NCBI RefSeq assembly: GCF_008831285.2
Contig: NC_045138.2
Location: forward strand, 26,536,001 to 26,600,000
Origin: Nymphaea colorata
Taxonomy: Eukaryota
Direction: 5' to 3'
Length of the DNA stretch: 64,000 bases
The first letter of the stretch is position 1, and every line of letters begins with the position of its first letter. Below the pieces are notes generated by a model, which worked only from the letters and a program-made list of their open reading frames with translations, did not search any database and was not told where the DNA came from. Positions 39,479 through 52,900 of the stretch are shown in pieces. Made by a program: the position numbers and the translations under genes.

Positions 39479-39657
39479 ACACCGCAACCCTAGGAGAGAG
39501 AAAATTATATTTCACTTAATTCAACACTAAACACAAGTGACAATATAAAGAGGGAGAGAGGAGAAGCCGCCTAGGGTACTGAGCCCGCCTCGGTACCCGC
39601 GCCCCATAGAACCGGGTCCAGGAATGGATCTGGTTCCCACAGCAACATATTCTAACA
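39479..39657 (-). mobile_element. Truncated 179-bp third copy of the copia LTR with the original right-hand flank
   Basis: Matches 36507-36685 and continues ATGTTCATTTTATTGACCTTTCAAAC exactly as at 36686 (offset 2972). Confidence 0.95.
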
Positions 39658-42600
39658 ATGTTCATTTTATTGACCTTTCAAACTTGATGGTAGGGATGTT
39701 GCCTCATCAAGATCCATATGGAGTTCCCATGTCTCGCGGAACAGATTCCCCTTTTGTAGTACAGGGTTCCTCGCGTCTTTGCTACCTTAGTTTTTTCATA
39801 GTGAATACTTTTGTCTCACACATAACCTCCTAAAACTTATCATTATGCCGATGCATCTAGTTGGCCATGCATCGGCTACGTCTTCAATTAATCATTTATT
39901 TCTAGTGCATTTGATTGAATTTTCCAACTTGATGGTAGGGGCGTTGCATCATCAAAATCGATTTGCAGTTCCCATGTCTCACGAGACTGCTTCCCCTTTT
40001 CTTGTACGGGGTTCATTGTATCTTTCCTACCTAGTTTTTTTCATAGTCAATACTTTTGTCACACACATAACCTCCTAAAATTGACCATTATGACGATGCA
40101 TCTAGTTGGTCATGCATCGGCTATGTCTTCAGTCCGCCAATTATTTTAAGTGCATGTGATTGACATCATTAACTTGATGGCAGGGACGTTGCCTCGTCAA
40201 TATCTTGTTCCCATGTCTCACGGGACTGCTTCCCCTCTTGTTGCATGAGGTTCATCGTATCTTTCCCACCATAGTTTTTTCATAGTAAATACTTTTGTCT
40301 TACACCTCCTAAAATTGACCATTATGCCAATGCATCGAGTTGGCCATGCATCGGCTACGTCCTCAGTCAACCATTTATTTCATGTGCATTTTATTGACCT
40401 TTTAAACTTGATGGTCGGGATGTTGCCTCAACAAGATCCAAATGCAGTTCCCATGTCTCACGGAACAGATTCCCCTTTTGTAGTACGGGGTTCCTTGCGT
40501 CTTTCCTACTTTAGTTTTTTCATAGTAAATACTTTTGTCTCAGACATAACCTCCTAAAACTGACCATTATGCCGATGCATCTAGTTAGCCATGCATCGGC
40601 TATGTCTTCAATTGATCATTTATTTCTAGTGCATTTGATTGACTTTTTGAACTTGATGGTAGAGGCGTTGCATCATCAAAATCCATTTGCAGTTCCCATG
40701 TCTCACGAGACTGCTTCCCCTCTTGTTGTACGGGGTTCATTGTATCTTTAATACCTAGTTTTTTTCATAGTAAATACTTTTGCATCACACATAACCTCCT
40801 AAAACTGACCATTATGCCGATGCATCTAGTTGGTCATGCATCGGCTATGTCCTCAGTCAGCCATTTATTTCATGTTCATTTTATTGACCTTTTAAACTTG
40901 ATGGTAGGGATGTTGCCTCATCAAGATCCCTATGGAGTTCCCATGTCTCGCGGAACACATTCCCCTTTTGTACAACGGGGTTCCTCGCATCTTTTGTCAA
41001 TACTTTTGTTTTTTCATAGTAAATACTTTTGTCTCACGCATAACCTCCTAAAAATGACCATTCTGCCGATGCATCTAGTTGGCCATGCATCGGCTATGTC
41101 TTCAATTAATCATTTATTTCTAGTGCATTTGATTGACTTTTTGAACTTGATGGTAGAGGCGTTGCATCATCAAAATCCATTTGCAGTTCCCATGTCTCAC
41201 GAGACTGCTTCCCCTCTTGTTGTACGGGGTTCATTGTATCTTTAATACCTCGTTTTTTTCATAGTCAATACTTTTGTCACACACATAACCTCCTAAAATT
41301 GACCATTATGCCGATGCATCTAGTTGGTCATGCATCAGCTATGTCTTCAGTACGCCAATTATTTTAAGTGCATGTGATTGACATCATTAACTTGATGACA
41401 GGGACGTTGCCTCGTCAATATCCATATGCAGTTCCCATGTCTCAAGGGATTGCTTCCCCTCTTGGTGCACGAGGTTCATCGTATCGTTCCTACCATACTT
41501 TTTTCATAGTAAATACTTTTGTCTCACACATAACCTCCTAAAACTGACCATTATGCTGATGCATCGAGTTGGCCATGCATCGGCTATGTCCTCAGTCAGC
41601 CATTTATTTCATGTGCATTTTATTGACATTTTAAACTTGATGGTAGGGATGTTGCCTCATCAGGATCCAAATGCAGTTCCGATGTCTCGCGGAACAGATT
41701 CCCCTTTTGTAGTACGGGGTTCCTCGCGTCTTTCCTACCTTAGTTTTTTCATAGTGAATACTTTTATCTCACACATAACCTCCTAAAACTTACCATAATG
41801 ACGATGCATCTAGATGACCATGCATCGGATATGTCTTCAATTAATCATTTATTTCTAGCGCATTTGATTCACTTTTTGAACCTGATGGTAGGAGCGTTGC
41901 ATCATCAAGAACCATTTGCGATTCCCATGTCTCACGAGACTGCTTCCCCTCTTGTTGTACGGGGTTCATCGCATCTTTTCTACCTAGTTTTTTCATAGTC
42001 AATACTTTTGTCACACACATAACCTCCTAAAACTGACCATTATGCCGATGCATCTAGTTGGCCATGCATCGGCTATGTCTTCAGTCCGCCAATTATTTTA
42101 AGTGCATGTGACTGACAACATTAACTTGATGGCAGGGACGTTGCCTCGCCAATATCCACATGCAGTTCCCATGTCTCACGGGACTGCTTCCCCTCTTGTT
42201 GCACGAGGTTCATCGTATCTTTCCTACCATACTTTTTTCATAGTAAATACTTTTGTCTCACACATAACCTCCTAAAACTGACCATTATACCGATGCATCT
42301 AGTTGGCCATGCATCGGCTATGTCTTCAATTAATTATTTATTTCTAGTGCATTAGATTGACTTTTCGAACTTGATGGTAGGGGTGTTGCATCATCAAAAT
42401 CCATTTCCAGTTCCCATGTCTCACGAGACTGCTTCCCCTCTTGTTGTATGGGGTTCATTGTATCTTTCCTACCTAGTTTTTTTCATAGTCAATACTTTTG
42501 TCACACACATAACCTCCTAAAATTGACCATTATGCCGATGCATCTAGTTGGCCATGCATCGGCTATGTCTTCAGTCCGCCAATTATTTTAAGTGCATGAG

Positions 42601-45600
42601 ATTGACATCATTAACTTGATGGCAGGGACGTTGCCTCGCCAATATCCATATGCAGTTCCCATGTCTCACGGGACAGCTTCCCCTCTTGTTGCACGAGGTT
42701 CATCGTATCTTTCCCACCATAGTTTTTTCATAGTAAATACTTTTGTCTCACACATAACCTCCTAAAACTGACCATTATGCCGATGCATCGAGTTGGCCAT
42801 GCATCGGCTATGTCCTCAGTCAGCAATTTTTTTCATGTGCATTTTATTGACATTTTAAACTTGATGGTAGGGATGTTGCCTCATCAAGATCCATATGCAG
42901 TTCCCATGTCTCACGGAACAGATTCCCCTTTTGTAGTACGGGGTTCCTCGCGTCTTTGCTACCTTAGTTTTTTCATAGTGAATACTTTTGTCTCACACAT
43001 AACCTCCTAAAACTGATCATTATGCCGGTGCATCTAGTTGGCCATGCATCGGCTATGTCTTCAATTGATCATTTATTTCTAGTGCATTTGATTGATTGTT
43101 CGAACTTGATGGTAGGGGCGTTGCATCATCAAAATCCATTTGCAGTTCCCATGTCTCACGAAACTGCTTCCCCTCTTGTTGTACGGGGTTCATTGTATCT
43201 TTCCTACCTAGTTTTTTTCATAGTCAATACTTTTGTCTGACACATAACCTCCTAAAATTGACCATTATGCCGATGCATCTAGTTGGCCATGCATCGGCTA
43301 TGTCTTCAGTCCGCCAATTATTTTAAGTGCATGTGATTGACATCATTAACTTGATGGCAGGGACGTTGCCTCGCCAATATCCACATGCAGTTCCCATGTC
43401 TCACGGGACTGCTTCCCCACTTGTTGCACGAGGTTCATCGTATCTTTCCTACCATAGTTTTTCATAGTAAATACTTTTGTCTCACACATAACCTCCTAAA
43501 ACTGACCATTATGCTGATGCATCGAGTTGGCCATGCATCGGCTATGTCCTCAGTCAGCCATTTATTTCATGTTCATTTTATTGACCTTTTAAACTTGATG
43601 GTAGGGATGTTGCCTCATCAAGATCCATATGCAGTTCCCATGTCTCGCGGAACAGATTCCCCTTCTGTAGTACGGGGTTCCTCGCGTGTTTCCTACCTTA
43701 GTTTTTTCATAATGAATACTTTTGTCTCACACATAACCTCCTAAAACTGACCATAATGCTGATGCATCTAGATGACCATGCATCGGATATGTCTTCAACT
43801 AATCATTTATTTCTAGTGCATTTGATTCACTTTTTGAACTTGATGGTAGGAGCGTTGCATCATCAAGATCCATTTGCAATTCCCATGTCTCAGGAGACTG
43901 CTTCCCCTCTTGTTGTAAGGGGTTCATCGCATCTTTTCTACCTAGTTTTTTCATAGTCAATACTTTTGTCTCACACATAACCTCCTAAAACTGACCATTA
44001 CGCCGATGCATCTAGTTGGCAATACAACGGCTATGTCTTAAGTCCGCCAATTATTTTAAGTGCATGTGATTGACATCATTAACACTATGGCAGGGACGTT
44101 GCCTCGTCAATATCCATATGCAGTTCTCATGTCTCACGGGACTTCTTCCCCTCTTGTTGCACGAGGTTCATCGTATCTTTCCTATTATAGTTTTTTCATA
44201 GTAAATACTTTTGTCTCACACATAACCTGCTAAAACTGACCATTATGCCGATGCATCGAGTTGGCCATGCATCGGCTATGTCCTCAGTCAGCCATTTATT
44301 TCATGTGCATTTTATTGACATTTTAAACTTGATGGTAGGGATGTTGCCTCATCAAGATCCATATGCAGTTCCCATGTCTCGCGGAACAGATTCCCCTTTT
44401 GTAGTACGGGGTTCCTCGCGTCTTTCCTACCTTAGTTTTTTCATGGTGAATACTTTTATCTCACACATAACCTCCTAAAACTTACCATAATGACGATGCA
44501 TCGAGTTGGCTATGCATCGGCTATGTCCTGAGTCAGCCATTTATTTCATGTTCATTTTATTGACCTTTTAAACTTGATGGAAGGGATGTTGCCTCATCAA
44601 GATCCATATGCAGTTCCCATGACTCGCGGAACAGATTCCCCTTCTATAGTACGGGGTTCCTCGCGTGTTTCCTACCTTAGTTTTTTCATAATGAATACTT
44701 TTGTCTCACACATAACCTCCTAAAACTGACCATAATGCCGATGCATCTACATGACCATGCATCGGATATGCCTTCAATTAATCATTTATTTCTAGTGCAT
44801 TTGATTCACTTTTTGAACTTGATGGTAGGAGCGTTGCATCATCAAGATCCATTTGCAATTCCCATGTCTCACGAGAATGCTTCCCCTCTTGTTGTACGGG
44901 GTTCATCGCATCTTTTCTACCTAGTTTTTTCATAGTCGATACTTTTGTCACACACATAATCTCCTAAAACTGACCATTATGCCGATGCATCTAGTTGGCC
45001 ATGCATCGGCTATGTCTTCAGTCCGCCAATTATTTTAAGTGCATGTGATTGACATCATTAACTTGATGGCAAGGACGTTGCCTCGCCAATATCCATATAC
45101 AGTTCCCATGTCTCATGGGACTGCTTCCCCGCTTGTTGTATAGGACATCTTTCCTACCTTAGTTTTTTCATAGTGAATATTTTTGTCTCACACATAACCT
45201 CCTAAAACTGACCATTATGCCGATGCATCTAGTTGGCCATGCATCGGCTATGTCTTTAATTTATCATTTATTTCTAGTGCATTTGATTGACTTTTTGAAC
45301 TTGATGGTAGGGGCGTTGCATCATCAAAATCGATTTGCAGTTCCCATGTCTCACGAGACTGCTTCCCCTTTTGTTGTACGGGGTTCATTGTATCTTTCCT
45401 ACCTAGTTTTTTTCATTGTCAATACTTTTGTCACACACATAACCTCCTAAAATTGACCATTATGCCGATGCATCTAGTTGGTCATGCATCGGCTATGTCT
45501 TCAGTCCGCCAATTATTTTAAGTGCATGTGATTGACATCATTAACTTGATGGCAGGGACGTTCCCTCGTCAATATCCATATGTTGTTCCCATGTCTCACG

Positions 45601-48600
45601 GGACTGCTTCCCCTCTTGTTGCACGAGGTTCATCGTATCTTTCCCACCATAGTTTTTTCATAGTAAATACTTTTGTCTCACACCTCCTAAAACTGACCAT
45701 TACGCCAATGCATCGAGTTGGCCATGCATCGGCTACGTCCTTAGTCAACCATTTATTTCATGTGCATTTTATTGACCTTTTAAACTTGATGGTAGGGATG
45801 TTGCCTCAACAAGATCCAAATGCAGTTCCCATGTCTCACGGAACAGATTCCCCTTTTGTAGTACGGGGTTCCTTGCGTCTTTCCTACTTTATTTTTTTCA
45901 TAGTAAATACTTTTGTCTGACACATAACCTCCTAAAACTGACCATTATGCCGATGCATCTAGTTGGCCATGCATCGGCTATGTCTTCAATTAAACATTTA
46001 TTTCTAGTGCATTTGATTGACTTTTTGAACTTGATGGTAGAGGCGTTGCATCATCAAAATCCATTTGCAGTTCCCATGTCTCACGAGACTGCTTCCCCTC
46101 TTGTTGTACGGGATTCATTGTATCTTTAATACCTAGTTTTTTTCATAGTCAATACTTTTGTCACACACATAACCTCCTAAAATTGACCATTATGCCGATG
46201 CATCTACTTGGTCATGCATCGGCTATGTCTTCAGTCCGCCAATTATTTTAAGTGCATGTGATTGACATCATTAACTTGATGACAGGGACGTTGCCTCGTC
46301 AATATCCATATGCAGTTCCCATGTCTCACGGGATTGCTTCCCCTCTTGGTGCACGAGGTTCATCGTATCGTTCCTACCATACTTTTTTCATAGTAAATAC
46401 TTTTGTCTCACACATAACCTCCTAAAACTGACCATTATGCCGATGCATCGAGTTGGCCATGCATCGGCTATGTCCTCAGTCAGCCATTTATTTCATGTGC
46501 ATTTTATTGACATTTTAAACTTGATGGTAGGGATGTTGCCTCATCAAGATCCAAATGCAGTTCCGATGTCTCGCGGAACAGATTCCCCTTTTGTAGTACG
46601 GGGTTCCTCGCGTCTCTCCTACCTTAGTTTTTTCATAGTGAATACTTTTGTCTCACACATAACCTCCTAAAACTGACCATAATGACGATGCATCTAGATG
46701 ACCATGCATCGGCTATGTCTTCAATTAATCATTTATTTCTAGTGCATTTGATTCACTTTTTGAACTTGATGGTAGGAGCGTTGCATCATCAAGAACCATT
46801 TGCGATTCCCATGTCTCACGAGACTGCTTCCCCTCTTGTTGTACGGGGTTCATCGCATCTTTTCTACCTAGTTTTTTCATGGTCAATACTTTTGTCACAC
46901 ACATAACCTCCTAAAACTGACCATTATGCCGATGCATCTAGTTGGCCATGCATCGGCTATGTCTTCAGTCCGCCAATTATTTTAAGTGCATGTGATTGAC
47001 AAAATTAACTTGATGGCAGGGACGTTGCCTCATCAATATCCATATGCAGTTCCCAAGTCTCACAGGACTGCTTCCCCGCTTGTTGTATAGGGTATCTTTC
47101 CTACCTTAGTTTTTTCATAGTCAATACTTTCGTCTCACACATAACATCCTAAAACTGACCATTATGCCGACGCATCTAGTTGGTCATGCATTGGCTACGT
47201 CTGCAGTTCGCCATTTATTTCAAATGCATGTGATTGACATTTGTAACTTGATGGCAGGGACGTTGCCTCATCAATATCCATATGCAGTTCCCATGTCTCA
47301 CGGGAGTGCTTCCCCGCTTGTTGTATAGGGTATCTTTCCTACCTTAGTTTTTTCATAGTGAATACTTTTGTCTCACACATAACCTCCTAAAACTGACTAT
47401 TATGCCGATGCATCTAGTTGACCATGCATCGGCTATGTCTTCAATTAATCATTTATTTCTAGTGCATTTGATTGACTTTTTGAACTTGATGGTAGGTGCG
47501 TTGCATCATCAAAATCCATTTGCAGTTCTCATGTCTCACGAGACTGCTTACCCCCTTGTTGTACGGAGTTCATCGTATCTTTCCTACCTAGTTTTTTCAT
47601 AGTCAATACTTTTGTCTCACACATAACCTACTAAAACTGACCATTATGCTGATGCATCTAGTTGGTCATGCATCGGCTATGTCTTTAGTCAACCATTTAT
47701 TTCAACTGCATTTGATTGACTTTTTGAACTTGATGGTAGAGGCATTGCGTCATCAAGATCCATATGCACTTCCCAGGTCTCACGGGACTGCTTTTCCTCT
47801 GGTTGTACGGGTTTCATCGTATCACTTGCACCCATAATGAGACAATCACACATCATTAAGACATTAACAACTCATCTCTTGAGTGCTCCTTAAGTTATAA
47901 GTATCGCTCTCGCTTGTCAAGACGATGAGGCGAGATGCACAAGAATGTCAACAATAATCTCAAACAAAGTCTATCTTCGTTCATGTCTATTCGTCAAAAA
48001 TGTGCTCGTAGATATAACATTCGCTACTTCTCCACAAGAACTAAACAGCCATTTATTTCAATTTCACATAACTGACATTTTGAACATGATGGTAATGATG
48101 TTCCCTCATTCAAATCCATATGCATTTCTCATGTCCCACGGGATTGCTTACTTTTTTGTTGTACGTTGTTCATCGCATCTTTGCTACCCTAGTTTTTTCA
48201 TAGTCAATACTTTTGTCTCACACATAACCTCTTAAAACTGACCATTATGCAGATGCATTTAGTTGGACATGCGTCGGTTATGTCTTTAGTCAGCCATTTA
48301 TTTCAGGTGCATTTGATTGACTTTTTGAACTTGTTGGTAAGGGCATTGCCTCATCAAGATCCATATGCAGTTCCCAGGTCTCACGGGATTGCTTCTCCTC
48401 TGGTTGTACGGGTTTCATCGTATCATTTGCGCCCATAATAGGACGATCACACATCATTAACAACTCATCTCTTGAGTGCTCCTTAAGCTATAAGTATCGC
48501 TCTCTCTCGCCAAAACGATGAGGCGAGATGCACAAGATTGCCAATAATAATCCCAAACAAAATCTATGTTCGTTCATGTCTATTCATAAAAAATGTGCTC

Positions 48601-49989
48601 GCAGATGCAACATCCGCTACTTCACCACGAGAACCAAACAGCCATTTATTTCTATTGCACATAATTGACAATTTGAACTTGATGGTAGGGATGTTACCGC
48701 ATCCAGATCCATATGTATTTCCCATGTGTCACGGGACTGCTTCCCTTTTGTTGTACGGGGTTCATCGTTTCTCTCCTACCCTAGTTTTTTCATAGTCAAT
48801 ACTTTTGTCTCAAACATAACCTCCTAAAACTGAGCATTATGCTGATCCATCTAGTTGGCCATGCATCAGCTATGTCTTAAGTCCGCCATTTATTTCAAGT
48901 GCATGTGATTGACATTTTTGACTTGATGGAAGGGACGTTGCCTCATCAACATCCATATGCAGTTCGCATGTCTCACGGGACTGCTTCTCCTCTTATCTTT
49001 CATTGCATAGTTTTTTCATAGTCAATACTTTTGTCTCACACATAACCTCCTATAACTTACCATTATATCGATGAATCTAGTTGGTTGTGCATCGGCTATG
49101 TCTTCAGTCAGCCATTTATTTCAAGTGCATAAAGATTGCAACAATTAATAAAAATTTCAACTTACGAATCTAAGCTTATAAATATTTTCTCTCTCTCTTT
49201 TCTTTTAATCTTTTCTTGCTTCGTATTTTTCGTTTTTTATTTTCTTAGCACTGCCAGAATTTGACTAGCTCCAACATCTAGTTCTGTAACTGTTGGAATA
49301 GCCCAACAGCTAGTCTTCTTCTTCAATCTTTTTTTTCAGTTTACAAATAAGGGACTGGTCTTCTTGTGTAACTTATGGCACGCTGTTTGTATGGTCATTC
49401 ATTCAGAAATATATTCACGTTTTTATTCCCTGTGATAGTTTTGACTGTGGTATTGGGACTGCAAGACTGAGATTTCAATCCTTGTTTTTTGCTCTGATGA
49501 ACAACAATAGTCCTCTCCTAACGGTTTGCAAATTACAAAGTCATGTCTATATTTGGATTCCTAACAAAGATGAAGTAAAAATTGAGATGAAAGAAATGAT
49601 AATTTGCAGGCAGAGCAGCTATCTCTGTGGAACTCCTTTCTTATTAAATAAGAAAAACTTTCCACTTGATTACACCATAACATCTGAAAATGACCAAACC
49701 AGTACACCCATCTTGATCACATAGAACATACTCATTCAATAAGCATCAGCACAAAAGCAATCTAGTGGTCTGGAAGGCATATAGGCTTAGTGTTTTGAAC
49801 TTCTCAGGAACATGCAGAAATTAGATGTAATCAAAATAATAAAGTGCTGCCAAGATAGAAGCAACATGATCCTCAACATATGCTCTGACATATGTCTATA
49901 ATAAACTAAACAATTTCTACATCTATGTCACATCTTTTCTTCCTTCAAAAGTTTTTGCTTGTGACACTTTTTCTGATGCATAGAGTTAC

Positions 49990-52900
49990 CTGTGATACAT
50001 TAGGTCTAGTTTAGTGATTGTAGAAGGCCATTGGCGGAGTGAGATTTGCATTCAGGATGATCAATCTGATTGTATGGGAGCAGCAACAGCCAACAGTTCA
50101 CTGCAGGTAAAACCTGTATCACATTTGAACAACAAACTCAGCCTTATTCATTTTCAAATATTTTGTGCATTTCATAAAAATTACTATACATGTTAAACTT
50201 CCATCTAATCTACCCTAACGTTTATTAATGCATGTAATCCTTAATAATCCAGTATCTTGAAACATTGCACCAAAAAACCACAAAACATCCTATAGATATG
50301 GCCTACTTAGTTTACAACTTTACATGATTGAATATACTAGCATTAACAAAAACACTTTTGATTTTACATTTGATTATTCAACCACGATGAAGGACAAGAT
50401 TCAAAATTCAGCACTTAAGCAAATGGAAAGCTGTTGTATATTTCATCGGAAAAACTATAAATATCGCACCACCAGTCCTTTACCACTTCATGCAGGATCA
50501 ATCAACTCAGTCAAAGCATCAGATTGTATGCCACCAAATGGTGCCTTATCTAAGCCTTTTAGTGTCATAGTAAGATGGGTATCAAGGTATTCCTTGTCAA
50601 CTCTTTCTTGCATAAGCTGAAGTCACCAAGAATAGAGGGGGTGAATAAAGACGTATAAATCTAAGTTACAATGATTTATCATTGCTGAGAACCAGAACTA
50701 ATACTCTAGATAAGTACATAAAAGCCACCAACATACAAGCGCTTATTGAAATTTTCATGTGAGGACTTAATTGAATACAGCAGCTAGATTTATAATGATA
50801 CTAACAACTTTTTGTTTTAAAACAACAATTCTCGCATTCATTGAAATCATTTGCTTTGTCGAATTTTTTTTCTTTTAAAACAATAGGTCCTGAATCCATT
50901 GGAGGCATTTGCCTGTCAAATTTGCTTTATGGACTTATTGTGATATAAAATCAGTAGATCCTATGCATCCATGACATTTACAGTAAGCATAACTTGTAAC
51001 AACTTTAGCTATTTCTCTGTTCTACAATTTTCACATCAGGTTCTCTTGGAAATTCAACATGGATGTGCTTCTTAGTTCTCTTGCAAATGAAAACTATCAC
51101 TGCCCTTCAAAATTTTTAAGTGCTCAATAAGAATGCCTATTTCTACCATTAATTCTCATAGAACTGCATGTCTCTTTCCAATCAAATTTCTTGTCCTTAG
51201 TTCACCTAGAGAAGCAAACAAAAGGCCTCATGAGTGAACTCATAATCACATTTAAGAAACCATTGCAACTTCCAATTACTTGTTGCTTTTCAGGCAATGT
51301 AGATGATAATCCAGGAAGTGTGTGCTATGTTATTTCAGTTCACTCACAAGAATATATAATGAAGCAGAATGGGACCAAAACATCCTCTTAATTGATGATA
51401 GAAGGGAAATTGTCTTACAAATCAGTCATGTTTTGTCAACCTTTCCAAGATTTGTCGCAACTCTCCAATAAAAGTATTTGAACAAAGGACTCACAATTCA
51501 AATTTAACAAACAATTTAGATCAGGAAGAGAAGAACCAAAGTTACCAAATGAGATATGTCAAATCTTACATACTCTCCAAATTGATTAAATTTCCAATTT
51601 TTTTGGGGAACTTTACAGCTAACCAGGTCATCTGGAGTTTCAATTTTCAAAGGATGCCAAATCAACATGGCCGAAGCAAATTATGAACCAATATTTTCAC
51701 ACTCTTGGAATAACTTTTAATTTACATATTTTTGAGGGTGATGGTGCCCCAAGTTCCTTTGGAATGGGACCAGATAATGGTTGCCCATGAGAGCTCTGGA
51801 AAGGTTAAAGAAAATCCAAAGTAGTGATATTCCAAAACCCAGGATTAATGGGGTAAGCATGATAAATTTTGTATTATTATATAAGAATGAATGAAAGTCC
51901 ACATTGTCATCCAACAAATGACTCTTAGAGTGGGATCATGACAAAAGCCACTTCAATCCTAAGAACCTTCATCATGCAACCACGACAAATTCAAATTTGC
52001 AAGCAACCATAATGATATTCGAGCCGAACATTATCCATCCCCCTAGTCATGCTAATAAATTAGGACAGACACCGTGTATGTACTTGTAGGAAAGCAAATT
52101 AAGGACTTGCTTGCTTGGACAGCAAAAACTACGTCATTTGATAAACTCCACACTAAAGCCAGTCATGGCAGAAAAGAGATCCAAGTAACAGCAGAACATG
52201 ACTTTGAATCTTTAATTACACTTGCAGACTACTAACGTACTGGGGAAGGGTGCAAAAGACCTCAAAGCATGATTAACACCATACATGAGTAGTATACGGT
52301 CATAGCACTTCAGAAGTAGTGGCTCAGATTAATTTGGAGCTGGCCAAGATGTTGTAGTTTAGTAATCTCCTTCAAAAGTGTCCCAGCCAGGCCTTGACCT
52401 TTGAGCACTCTTAAACCACCAAGTCATACTCTTTCCAAAATGTGCAATTTCCATATACTGCTGGAGTACATGTATTAAATTCATCTATTATCAAAAGATG
52501 TGCTCAGGCATTGAAAGACCACAATTGGCTCTGTTCCAATCTGGGTCACCAATGTCAGTGTGACTGCAATATTGTACCCTTCCAAGATTCTAAAAAAATA
52601 AACCTGCTTCCTTTGCATTAAAATGATGAAGAATTAAGACAAGATCTTGAGGATACAAGAAAACAAGACCAATTTCATGAAGACAGGCAAAAGCTTCTTA
52701 AGGTATGCTAGGTGAACTTGACAATGAAGTGCAAGACTTACAAGCTGCAAGAAAAGGTCACGGTTATGATGGGAGTGATTACGTCGAGTATGCTAAGGAA
52801 GATGTCATTAAACAATTTGAAAGGGTGACTGATGCTGCTTCTTCTATTCAACGTACATTTTGGGATGCTTCAGAATTCCTAATTGATGTCGTTGATTTGG

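Larger units (their letters stand above)
6313..49130. repeat. Tandem satellite array, ~245-bp monomer (roughly 140-150 core copies), interrupted by a copia element
   Basis: AAAACTGACCATTATGCCGATGCATCTAGTTGGCCATGCATCGGCTATGTCTTCA...GTCAATACTTTTGTCTCACACATAACCTCCT recurs every 244-245 bp (ORF starts 9045, 9290, 9535; 42777, 43022), all head-to-tail in one orientation. Confidence 0.98.

Noticed and set aside
39479..39657. Independent solo-LTR insertion
   Set aside because: One end is truncated, there is no TSD pair, and the flank matches the full element's right flank.
6458..48795. Annotating the satellite ORFs as genes
   Set aside because: Subtype-wide stops, frequent frameshifts, no promoter or terminator space; kept only as a low-ranked hypothesis.
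6313..49130. CRISPR-like array (regularly spaced palindromic repeat)
   Set aside because: Sequences between palindromes are homologous to each other, not unique spacers; period is 245 bp; no cas genes; eukaryotic context.
6313..49130. 5S rDNA, tRNA or snRNA tandem array
   Set aside because: No recognisable 5S, tRNA or snRNA sequence or Pol III boxes in the monomer on either strand.
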